Source of the DNA: Paracoccus suum
GTDB lineage: Bacteria; Pseudomonadota; Alphaproteobacteria; Rhodobacterales; Rhodobacteraceae
Length of the DNA stretch: 32,000 nucleotides
Reading direction: 5' to 3'
Assembly (NCBI RefSeq): GCF_003324675.1
Contig: NZ_CP030918.1
Span: 360,001-392,000 of the forward strand
A program made the position numbers and the translations under genes. A model generated the notes under the pieces. It was not told the DNA's origin. It searched no databases and saw only the letters and a list, made by a program, of their open reading frames with translations. This document shows, piece after piece, positions 24,430 through 32,000 of the stretch (positions are counted from its first letter, which is position 1; the number at the start of each line of letters is the position of its first letter).

Positions 24430-25029
24430 ATGTACGAACTCTGCCCTGAAACCGAGGCCGACACCGCAGAGGTCGAGGCGTTGCTGGACCTGTGCTTTGC
24501 GCCTGGCCGCACCGCGCTCAGCAGCTATCGCCTACGCGATGGCGTGCCGCCGGTGCCCGGCCTTTGCCTGACGCTGCGCGGCGGCGATGGCGGGCTGGTC
24601 GCGGCGATCCGCTATTGGCCGGTGCGCGTTGCCAGTCTGCCCGTGTTGTTGCTGGGTCCCGTCGCGGTCCACCCGACCGCGCAAGGCGAGGGCCTCGGCG
24701 GCTACCTTATGCGTGAGAGCCTGGGGCGCGCGGGCCGCACGGGCTGGGCGCGAGTCATGCTGGTGGGCGACGCTCCCTACTATGGCCGGTTCGGCTTCCG
24801 CCGGCTCGAAGGGGTCGTCATGCCGCCACCGACCAATCCCGACCGCGTGCTGGGACTGGAACTGACGCCCGGCGCGTGGGTTGATCTGCGCGGGCCGGTC
24901 GAGCGCGAGGCCGCCCCATCCGTTCACGCAGCCCTGGCCGAGATGGCGGAGGCACCGGGAACGATGCCACCCTGCCGCGAGGTTGACCCGACCGAACCCG
25001 CCGCGCGTCCCCCTCCGCCGAGGATATAG
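24430..25029 (+). CDS. GNAT family N-acetyltransferase (YhbS-like)
   Basis: In frame with tracked ORF 24226..25029. ATG at 24430 gives MYELCPETEADTAEVEALLDLCF... Also present are VAVHPTAQGEGLGGYLM (acetyl-CoA motif) and VGDAPYYGRFGF. Confidence 0.75.
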   Translation: MYELCPETEADTAEVEALLDLCFAPGRTALSSYRLRDGVPPVPGLCLTLRGGDGGLVAAIRYWPVRVASLPVLLLGPVAVHPTAQGEGLGGYLMRESLGRAGRTGWARVMLVGDAPYYGRFGFRRLEGVVMPPPTNPDRVLGLELTPGAWVDLRGPVEREAAPSVHAALAEMAEAPGTMPPCREVDPTEPAARPPPPRI

Positions 25030-25035
25030 CTACCG

Positions 25036-25836
25036 ATGACCACCCCCGCCCCCCGCCAGGAAATCCTGCCGCCGATCACGGACCCCACGGTCCGCGCCAC
25101 CATCGAGCGCCTCGCCCGCATCCACAAGAATGCCGGCGGCCTGGGGATGGAGGTTCTGTCGACCATCGGCGGCAGCGCCGAGGGAATGCTGCGCAAACTT
25201 CCGGCTTTTGTGCGGAACCGGATCGACCGCATCGTTCGCACCGCGCTGGAAAGCGCGATCCACGCCGCCAGCGCCTCGCGCAGCGTGGTCCGCGACCGCA
25301 GTGATCTGGTCAACCGGCTGGCCTCGACGGCATCGGGCGCGATCGGCGGCCTTGGCGGGCTGCCGGGCGCGATGATCGAACTGCCGGTGACCATCACGAT
25401 GCTGATGCGCGCGATCATGGCGATCGCCGCCGAACACGGGTTCGACCCCGAGGATGACCGGGTCAAAGCCGAGGCCCTGCGCGTGTTCGCCGCAGCTGGC
25501 CCGTTCGAGGCTGACGACGGCACGGACCTCGGCCTGCTGGCCGCCAAGGTCTCGATCACTGGCCAGACCCTGCAGGGGCTGGTCGCCCGCGTCGCGCCGC
25601 GCCTTGCCGGCGTTCTGGGACAAAAGGTCGCCGCCCAGGCGACGCCCGTGCTGGGGGCGGTGGCGGGTGCGTCGATCAACTTTACCTTCACGCGCTACTA
25701 CCAGCAGGTCGCGCGCGTGCATTTCGGCCTGTGGCGCCTGTCTGAGGAAACCGGCATCCCGCGCGCGGCCCTGGCCGAGGCGCTGGAACGTCGGCTGATC
25801 GAGATCGACCCGCGTCACGGCGCCCGCAAGGCGTGA
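25036..25836 (+). CDS. EcsC family protein
   Basis: 266-aa ORF starting 7 nt after the GNAT stop. The segment ...LPGAMIELPVTITMLMRAIMAIAAEHGFDP...GASINFTFTRYYQQVARVHFGL matches the EcsC family pattern as I remember it. Confidence 0.7.
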   Translation: MTTPAPRQEILPPITDPTVRATIERLARIHKNAGGLGMEVLSTIGGSAEGMLRKLPAFVRNRIDRIVRTALESAIHAASASRSVVRDRSDLVNRLASTASGAIGGLGGLPGAMIELPVTITMLMRAIMAIAAEHGFDPEDDRVKAEALRVFAAAGPFEADDGTDLGLLAAKVSITGQTLQGLVARVAPRLAGVLGQKVAAQATPVLGAVAGASINFTFTRYYQQVARVHFGLWRLSEETGIPRAALAEALERRLIEIDPRHGARKA

Positions 25837-25851
25837 TGCATCGAATGCAAA

Positions 25852-25881
25852 ACATTCAGCGCCGCCCGCCGGACTGAATGT
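25852..25881 (+). terminator. Stem-loop ACATTCAG-N14-CTGAATGT downstream of the EcsC-family gene (possible terminator)
   Basis: An 8-bp perfect inverted repeat read from the sequence, 16 nt after the stop at 25836. Only a short TCTT follows, so intrinsic termination is uncertain. Confidence 0.35.
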
Positions 25882-25960
25882 CTTGGCACTTAACGGGAAA
25901 TCAACCTCACCATGGCCAATGTCGCACAGCGAGATTCGCCATGCGTGAGATAGAGGCCCC

Positions 25961-28117
25961 ATGTTTACCATCAGTATCCGGCGACTAGGCATCGCAACTT
26001 CGGCGGTGGCGGTCGTCAGCACCTTCTTGACCTTGGCAGGGATTCTCTACCTCGGGCGGATCGCGGAGCAGACCATCGACGCCAGCGACAACCGCTATCA
26101 GTCCAGCCAACTGGCGGCCGACCTGCTGCAATACGGGGACGACCTCACCCGGCTCGCCCGAACCTACGTCATCACCGGCAACCCGGCATTTCAGGCGCAG
26201 TATAATGACGTGCTAGCCATGCGGACCGGCAAGAAGGCCCGTCCCAAAGGCCCTGGCAGCCTTTACTGGGGCTTTCTCGCTGCCGGCCGGGAGCCCCGCC
26301 AGGCAACTGAGCCGCCGCGCTCGCTGGCCGATCTGATGAAGGATCAGGGCTTCGCCCCTGACGAGTTGAACCTGCTGGAGCAAGCCCGCCAACGGTCCGA
26401 GAACCTGGTGAAGCTCGAGGTCGAGGCAATGAACGCCGCCAAGGGCATCTTCAAGGACGGCGAGGGCAGGTACACGGTGACCCGCGCGCCCAACCTGCCC
26501 CGCGCACGGCTGCTGCTGAACTCGGCCGACTATCATGCCACCAAGGCCGACATCCTGGTTCCGGTGCAACAGTTCTTTGACAAGATGAACGCGCGCCTCG
26601 ACGGCACGCTGGCGGACCTGAAGGCGCGCCAGGATGCGGTCCGCCTCGCCGCCGTGTTTCTTGCGGTACTGTCGATCCTCGCGTCGCTGGCTGCCGCTGC
26701 GATGCTGCAACTGCGGGTGCTGCGTCCCCTGACAATGATGCGCGACTCGATGGCTCGCATGGGCGCAGGTGATCTGTCACAAAGCGTGCCGCTGTGCGAT
26801 CGCCCCTGCGAGATCGGGCAGATCGCCCGCGAGGCCGAGAAATTTCGCGTCCAGGCAGGAGAGACCGTGCGGCTGTCCGAAGAGGTCAGGCGTACCGCGC
26901 AGGAGGCCGCGCGTCACGCCAACGCCCAGCGCATCGCCGCGCAGGAGGCGATGGAGTTGTCGGCGCGCGAACAGCAGCGCATGGCAAAAGAGGTCATGAG
27001 TGCCGAAAAGGCCGCCCGCTTCCAGGACGAGGTGGCCCGCGTGGTCGCAGCGGCCAAGGACGGGAACCTGTCCGTTCGCGCGCGGATCGAACAAGACTAT
27101 GCCGTCGGCGCCGAAATCGGCGGCGGCCTAAATGAGCTGCTGTCGACGCTCGAGGCGACTTTTACGGAACTCAGCGATGTCCTCGGACGAATCGCCGCCG
27201 GGGACCTGTCGACGCGCGTGGAGAGCCGGGCCAAAGGCCAGATCGGCACGGTATTGACCTCGACCGAGGCCGCGCGCCGCGCGCTGAGCGATCTGGTCGC
27301 CAAGACCCGCCACAACGCGGAGAGCTTCGTCGAACTGGCTGGCTCGATCGCCGGTGCGGCGCGCGATCTGTCGCAGCGCACCGAGACCAACGCCGGCACC
27401 CTCGAGGAAAGCTCGGCCGCCCTGACAGAACTGACGGCCTCGGTTCGCTCGGCCGCCGAGGGCGCAGAGCGTGCTGACCGCATCGGCCGCGGTGCCCGCG
27501 ACGAGGTGGAACACTCGAACCAGATCGTCACCGAGGCGATTGCCGCCATGAGCCAGATCGAGGCGTCCTCCAAAAGAATCTCGACCATCGTCAATGTGAT
27601 CGAGGGAATTGCCTTCCAGACCAACCTGTTGGCCCTCAATGCGGGCGTAGAGGCCGCTCGCGCAGGCGAGGCCGGCCGCGGCTTTGCGGTGGTCGCGTCC
27701 GAGGTGCGCGCCCTCGCCCAACGCTCGTCCGAGGCGGCGCGAGAGATCAATGGCCTGATCTCGCAAAGCACCGAGCAGGTGACGCGCGGTGCCGATCTGG
27801 TCGGACGTACCGGCGATGCGCTGCAGCGTATCCTGACCTCGGTCGGCGATATTTCTGCCCAGATCTCTGCCATCGCGCTGTCTTCGCGCGAGCAGTCGAT
27901 CGGCCTCTCGGAAATCGACACGGCGGTGCATCAACTGGACGCAGCCACACAAGACAACGCCGCGATGGTGTCCGAGACAAGCAATTCCTCGAAGGTGTTG
28001 GCGGATCAGGCGGGCGAGCTGCTCGACTCCGTCGCGCGCTTTCGCCTGCCGGGGCATAACGCACCGCGCAGGGGCGACGATACCACGTCACACAGGGATA
28101 TTCGCCTTGCCAGCTAG
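25961..28117 (+). CDS. Methyl-accepting chemotaxis protein (two TM helices, about 195-aa periplasmic sensor, two HAMP-like segments)
   Basis: 718-aa ORF. TM1 spans aa 10-32 and TM2 about aa 228-250. HAMP-like segments contain MGAGDLSQSV and IAAGDLSTRV. The highly conserved MCP signalling hairpin is present (IAFQTNLLALNAGVEAARAGEAGRGFAVVASEVRALAQRS). Confidence 0.9.
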   Translation: MFTISIRRLGIATSAVAVVSTFLTLAGILYLGRIAEQTIDASDNRYQSSQLAADLLQYGDDLTRLARTYVITGNPAFQAQYNDVLAMRTGKKARPKGPGSLYWGFLAAGREPRQATEPPRSLADLMKDQGFAPDELNLLEQARQRSENLVKLEVEAMNAAKGIFKDGEGRYTVTRAPNLPRARLLLNSADYHATKADILVPVQQFFDKMNARLDGTLADLKARQDAVRLAAVFLAVLSILASLAAAAMLQLRVLRPLTMMRDSMARMGAGDLSQSVPLCDRPCEIGQIAREAEKFRVQAGETVRLSEEVRRTAQEAARHANAQRIAAQEAMELSAREQQRMAKEVMSAEKAARFQDEVARVVAAAKDGNLSVRARIEQDYAVGAEIGGGLNELLSTLEATFTELSDVLGRIAAGDLSTRVESRAKGQIGTVLTSTEAARRALSDLVAKTRHNAESFVELAGSIAGAARDLSQRTETNAGTLEESSAALTELTASVRSAAEGAERADRIGRGARDEVEHSNQIVTEAIAAMSQIEASSKRISTIVNVIEGIAFQTNLLALNAGVEAARAGEAGRGFAVVASEVRALAQRSSEAAREINGLISQSTEQVTRGADLVGRTGDALQRILTSVGDISAQISAIALSSREQSIGLSEIDTAVHQLDAATQDNAAMVSETSNSSKVLADQAGELLDSVARFRLPGHNAPRRGDDTTSHRDIRLAS

Positions 28118-28183
28118 GTTGTGGTCGAGCCGTGCGAGACGCCTTGCAGCAACTTGCGCAGGATAACTCTGTATCCGGGCCGC

Positions 28184-31100
28184 TCAGCCCGCCGGAACGG
28201 CCGCGGTCGCCAATGCGGCATCGATCACGGCTTGGGCACGGGCGGCGGCAGCCTCGATCGTCGCCGAGAGTTCGGCGATGTCCGTCGCGCCTGCTTCGCG
28301 CAGCAAGAATGTCGTGGCGCCAATGCCCAGTGACGACAGCTTGGCATCCCGCGCGTCGATCAGCCTCTGGGCGGCCCGGATCCTCCAGAACAGGCGATGG
28401 GCTTGGGCCAGAACCGCCTCGTCAGCGGGAGTGATAAGGCCGGCCCGGCGACCGCCGCGCAGTTGAGCCGCTGTCGCCCGCGCCGGGTCCGCCGCCCGCA
28501 GGGCGAGGCTTTGCGCCAGCAACTCAATGTCCTGCAGCCGGCCGGGACCGTTTTTGACATCCTCCGTGCCGGCAGACGCTTTCGATTCGAACAGCCGCGC
28601 GCGCATCTCGGCAAGATCGGGCATGACCTGCGGACCCGGGCCTCGCGAGGCAAGCACCTCTCGCCTCAGGCCCTCGACCTCACCTGCCAGTTCCGCGCCG
28701 GTTTGTGCGGGGGGGCCGCCATCGCGGCTCGCCGGAGTTTCCGCCGCGGAGGTCCCGGCCGCCGGCACCCGGGGCTCGCCTACGGGTCCTGCCGGATTGT
28801 CGCCGGCAGCGGTCTGATCCAAGACGCCGGCCTCATTTGCGGCACCAACCGGATCAAGGGCGTGGTGGGCACCGGCCCGATCCGAGGAGCTGGCGGCCTG
28901 GGGCGCGGTCGCCTGAGCCACGGGACCCGACTGATCCCCGCGCTCCGTCTCGCTCGGGCTCCGCGAAATACCGGTCTCTCTCTGTGCCCCCTTCCCCGGG
29001 CCGCAAAAAGCGACGATCCGGGCACGGGTCAGGGCCAGATGCTCCCACGTCCACGCTTCGGTCATCTGGTAGTCGCGAAATGCGGTCAGAGAGGTTGCGA
29101 CGGGGCCCTGCCGGCCAGACGGACGCAGGCGCATGTCGACCTCATAAAGGCGGCCCTCGGCGGTCGGGGCGGTCAGCGCCGTCAGCAGGGCTTGCGTCAG
29201 CCGGGCATAATAGGGCCGCGCACCCAGCGACTTGGGGCCGGACGAGGCTTCGATCCCGGCGGCATCATAGATCACGATCAGGTCCAGGTCCGAGGCTGCG
29301 TTCAGCCGCCGCGCGCCGAGCGAGCCCATGCCCATGACCACCGCGCCCGCGCCCGGCGGCGGGCCATGGCGGCGCGAAAATTCGGCCTCCACCAGCGCGA
29401 ACAGCCCCGCGATGACGGCATCCGCCACATCGGCATACTGGACCCCCGCCTCGTCGGCATCGATGAGGCCGCGCAGGTGATGGACGCCGATGCGGAATTG
29501 CAGGTCGTGCACCAACCGCCGCGCGGCATCAAGGGCGCGCTCATACCCTCCCCCCGGGGCACTCATCGCCGCGCCGAGCGCGGCATCCATCGCCTCGCGC
29601 AGTCCGGCCGCGCCGGGCCAGGGCGCAAAGAAACTGCCGGCGATGACCGAATCAAGGACACCCGGATGGCGCGCGAAATAGGCGGCGAGCCCGGGGGCAG
29701 TGCCGCAGATATCCGCGACCAGATCGACCAGTGGCGGGTTGGCCTCGAAAAGCGAAAACACCTGCACACCCGCGGGCAGGCCCGCCAGAAAGCCGTCGAA
29801 CCGCGCCAGAGCCGCTTCGGGATCGGCGGCGCGGGCGAGGCGGGTCAGCAGGTCGGCCTCGATCCGGTTGAACACTTGGCGGGCGCGATCGGACCGCAAG
29901 GCCGGATAGCCGCGCCAGGCACCGATCAGCGCCTCGGCCTGCGGCGACAGGTCGGGCCTTGGCTGCGCTTCGGCCGGCGCAAAGAACGCACCGGTCAGGG
30001 TCTCGACCCGCTGCAGCCGGTCCCGGATTGCCTGTGCCCAGGCCACAGTATCCGCAGCACCCGACAACCGCGCAACGGTGTCGAGCGCTGGTCCGGCCGG
30101 CGGCAGGACATGGGTCTGGGCGTCGCCCACCATTTGCACGCGATGCTCGACCTCGCGGTGGTGGCGATAGTGGTCGGTCAACTCACCCGCGACATCCACC
30201 GGCACCCAGCCGGCGGTCGCGAGGGCGGCAAGCCCCTCCACGGTGCCGCGTTGCCGAAGTGCCGGGTCGCGCCCGCCGGCGATCAGCTGGCGGGTCTGGG
30301 TAAAGAACTCGATCTCGCGGATGCCGCCTTGCCCCAGCTTCATGTCGTGGCCGGCGGCCTCGATCGGGCCGTGCAGGCCCTTGTGGTCGCGGATGCGCAG
30401 GCGCATCGCATGGGCATCCTCGATCGCCGCGAAATCGAGGTGCTTGCGCCACACGAAGGGCCGCAGGGCTTCCAGAAAACGGCCGCCCGCCGCCAGATCG
30501 CCCCCGCAGGGCCGGGCTTTGATATAGGCCGCCCGCTCCCATGTGCGTCCCTCGGCCTCGTAATAATCCAGCGCCGCCGAGGCCGAGATGCAGACCGGCG
30601 TCACCGACGCATCCGGGCGCAGGCGCAGGTCAGTGCGAAAGACGTAACCTTCGGCCGTCAGGTCCGACAGCGTCGCCGCAGCGCGGCGCGTCACCTTGAT
30701 CAAGGCGGCACGCGCCTCCTGCCGGTCGCCGGGATCATAGGCGTCGTCGTCGTAGAGGACGATCAGGTCGATATCGCTGCTGTAGTTCAGTTCGCCCGCG
30801 CCCATCTTGCCCATGGCGAGCAGGATAAGCCCCCCGGCGTCCGCCCCGCCTTGGGGCATCCGCCCTCGCGCCTGTTCGGCTGCGAGATGGGCGCGAAAGG
30901 ACAGGTCGACTGCGCGGTCCGCCAAGGCGGTCAGTGCGCCGGTGACTCGCTCCAGCGGCCAGACTCCGCCCAAATCGGCCAGTGCCGCCAGCAACGCCAC
31001 GCGCCGCTTGGCCCGCCGCAGACCGACGCCGAGGGCCGCGGCGTCCAGCGCCTCCAGCCCCGCGGTTTCGGTCGCGACCGGGTCCGCCTCGGGCGACCAT

Positions 31101-31291
31101 TGCGCGATCGCACCCTGCAACCACGCACCCTCGCGCTCGATCAGACCTGCAAGGTAGGGGCTGGAGCCGGCGGCCCCGCTAATCAGGCCAGCCAGATCGC
31201 CCTGCGCCCAGAGGCAGGACGCGGCCGCAGCCGCGCCGCGCGCGGGGTCGAAAGGCAGCGGCAGACGGGTGATGGCGTCGGCAAAAGGCAT
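28184..31291 (-). CDS. glnE: Bifunctional [glutamine synthetase] adenylyltransferase / adenylyl-removing enzyme
   Basis: 1035-aa ORF with two nucleotidyltransferase domains. They are marked by GKMGAGELNYSSDIDLIVLYD...FRTDLRLRP and MGSLGARRLNAASDLDLIVIYD...YEVDMRLRPSG, each followed by a GlnE helical domain. Confidence 0.95.
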   Translation of the reverse strand: MPFADAITRLPLPFDPARGAAAAASCLWAQGDLAGLISGAAGSSPYLAGLIEREGAWLQGAIAQWSPEADPVATETAGLEALDAAALGVGLRRAKRRVALLAALADLGGVWPLERVTGALTALADRAVDLSFRAHLAAEQARGRMPQGGADAGGLILLAMGKMGAGELNYSSDIDLIVLYDDDAYDPGDRQEARAALIKVTRRAAATLSDLTAEGYVFRTDLRLRPDASVTPVCISASAALDYYEAEGRTWERAAYIKARPCGGDLAAGGRFLEALRPFVWRKHLDFAAIEDAHAMRLRIRDHKGLHGPIEAAGHDMKLGQGGIREIEFFTQTRQLIAGGRDPALRQRGTVEGLAALATAGWVPVDVAGELTDHYRHHREVEHRVQMVGDAQTHVLPPAGPALDTVARLSGAADTVAWAQAIRDRLQRVETLTGAFFAPAEAQPRPDLSPQAEALIGAWRGYPALRSDRARQVFNRIEADLLTRLARAADPEAALARFDGFLAGLPAGVQVFSLFEANPPLVDLVADICGTAPGLAAYFARHPGVLDSVIAGSFFAPWPGAAGLREAMDAALGAAMSAPGGGYERALDAARRLVHDLQFRIGVHHLRGLIDADEAGVQYADVADAVIAGLFALVEAEFSRRHGPPPGAGAVVMGMGSLGARRLNAASDLDLIVIYDAAGIEASSGPKSLGARPYYARLTQALLTALTAPTAEGRLYEVDMRLRPSGRQGPVATSLTAFRDYQMTEAWTWEHLALTRARIVAFCGPGKGAQRETGISRSPSETERGDQSGPVAQATAPQAASSSDRAGAHHALDPVGAANEAGVLDQTAAGDNPAGPVGEPRVPAAGTSAAETPASRDGGPPAQTGAELAGEVEGLRREVLASRGPGPQVMPDLAEMRARLFESKASAGTEDVKNGPGRLQDIELLAQSLALRAADPARATAAQLRGGRRAGLITPADEAVLAQAHRLFWRIRAAQRLIDARDAKLSSLGIGATTFLLREAGATDIAELSATIEAAAARAQAVIDAALATAAVPAG

Positions 31292-31461
31292 CCCGTCAGC
31301 CTAGCGCCGCCCAACGCCGCGTCAACGCGACCAATCCGCTTGGCGTGGCGTTCCGGTGTTGTTAGGGTCGGGCTTGACCTTCGGAAAAAACGCCGAGCCG
31401 CCCGCACGATGAACCGCGCCTTCGTCTGCCCTTGCGGCCTCCGAGCCGTCCGGTTGCCGTG

Positions 31462-32000
31462 ATGCGGCATACACTGTCCCACACCCCGCAATTCTACGTC
31501 ACGGCGCCGCAGCCCTGCCCCTATCTGCATGGCCGAGCCGAGCGCAAGCTGTTCACCGCCCTTGGCGGCGATGGCGCGGTCGAGTTGAACAACACCCTGT
31601 CGCGGCAGGGTTTTCGCCGCAGCCAGAACGTCCTTTATCGACCTTCTTGCGAAAGCTGCGTGGCCTGCATGTCGGCCCGCATCCGGGTTGACGACTTCAA
31701 GCCCTCGCGCACGCAGGGCCGGGTCGCGCGGCGCAATGCGGACTTGCAGCGCCTGACGACCAGCGCCTGGGCCACCGAGGAACAATACGATCTGTTCCGC
31801 ACCTATCTCGACTCCCGGCACGCCGACGGCGGTATGGCGGACATGGACGTGTTCGAATTCGCGGCGATGATCGAGGAGACGCCGGTCCGCACACGGCTGA
31901 TCGAATACCGGCTCGGCCCGCAGGCCGCAGAGGGCGGGGCCGGACGGCTGACGGCGGTCTGCCTGACCGACGTGCTCGATGACGGACTTAGCCTGGTCTA
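31462..32000 (+). CDS. bpt: Arginyl-tRNA-protein transferase family protein (bacterial Bpt, Asp/Glu leucyltransferase type), 3-prime truncated by window edge
   Basis: Not in the ORF track because no stop lies in the window. ATG at 31462 opens [34 protein letters not shown]...[35 protein letters not shown]...[14 protein letters not shown]. The CxxC context and ATE_N/ATE_C layout are typical of Bpt. Confidence 0.8.
   Translation, partial: MRHTLSHTPQFYVTAPQPCPYLHGRAERKLFTALGGDGAVELNNTLSRQGFRRSQNVLYRPSCESCVACMSARIRVDDFKPSRTQGRVARRNADLQRLTTSAWATEEQYDLFRTYLDSRHADGGMADMDVFEFAAMIEETPVRTRLIEYRLGPQAAEGGAGRLTAVCLTDVLDDGLSLV

Noticed and set aside
25884-25899. Sigma-54 promoter upstream of the MCP gene (TGGCAC-N5-...)
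   Set aside because: The -24 element TGGCAC is perfect. The -12 position reads GGGAA instead of TTGC(A/T), because the conserved GC dinucleotide is missing.
28397-31462. 1021-aa plus-strand ORF opposite glnE
   Set aside because: This is an antisense shadow of glnE. The translation is dominated by Arg/Gly/Pro/Ala and has no domain-like segments, whereas the minus-strand product is an unmistakable GlnE.
1-32000. CRISPR arrays, IS elements, integrases, prophage genes, toxin-antitoxin pairs or recognisable defence systems
   Set aside because: - I scanned all tracked ORFs and the intergenic regions.
- There are no regularly spaced direct repeats.
- There are no transposase or recombinase-like translations.
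- No small paired ORFs show TA-like features.
- The only helicase has no nuclease, methylase or sensor partner.

Overview
This is a GC-rich chromosomal segment (about two-thirds G+C by eye, with strong third-position GC bias). It looks alphaproteobacterial, probably Rhodobacterales/Paracoccaceae, but that lineage call is only inferred from the protein families and gene style. I can support 30 protein-coding genes, two of them cut by the window edges, plus one tRNA-Arg(CCT).

The content is mostly housekeeping or core-accessory:
- Metabolism and translation: ilvD, map, carA, apt, glnE, bpt, a pterin-4a-carbinolamine dehydratase, and a carboxynorspermidine decarboxylase/dehydrogenase pair.
- Transport and envelope: an exbB-exbD-tonB operon and an exoD-CNNM/CorC pair.
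- Regulation and sensing: a LacI (GntR-like) regulator and an orphan MCP.
- Others: an SF1B helicase, two GNAT acetyltransferases, and several small conserved proteins.

I saw no transposase, integrase, phage gene, CRISPR array or rRNA. Many very long ORFs in the six-frame track are antisense shadows of real genes, as expected at this GC content. Several tracked ORFs also start well upstream of the real start.

No convincing multi-gene novel system, such as a defence island, is visible. The most interesting items are:
1. An orphan processive family-2 glycosyltransferase with an N-terminal tandem MshEN-like module (18875-21052), a candidate c-di-GMP-gated polysaccharide synthase.
2. Two proteins of unknown function packed tightly against the end of ilvD (3385-4907).
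3. A tRNA-Arg followed by an AT-rich spacer, a perfect 17-bp palindrome, an APH(6)-like kinase and a receptor-less TonB system. A 330-bp gene-free spacer beyond them carries a tRNA-3-prime-like fragment.
4. An insertion of about 100 aa of low-complexity sequence inside GlnE.

All functional calls come from reading the translations by eye. No database search was run.
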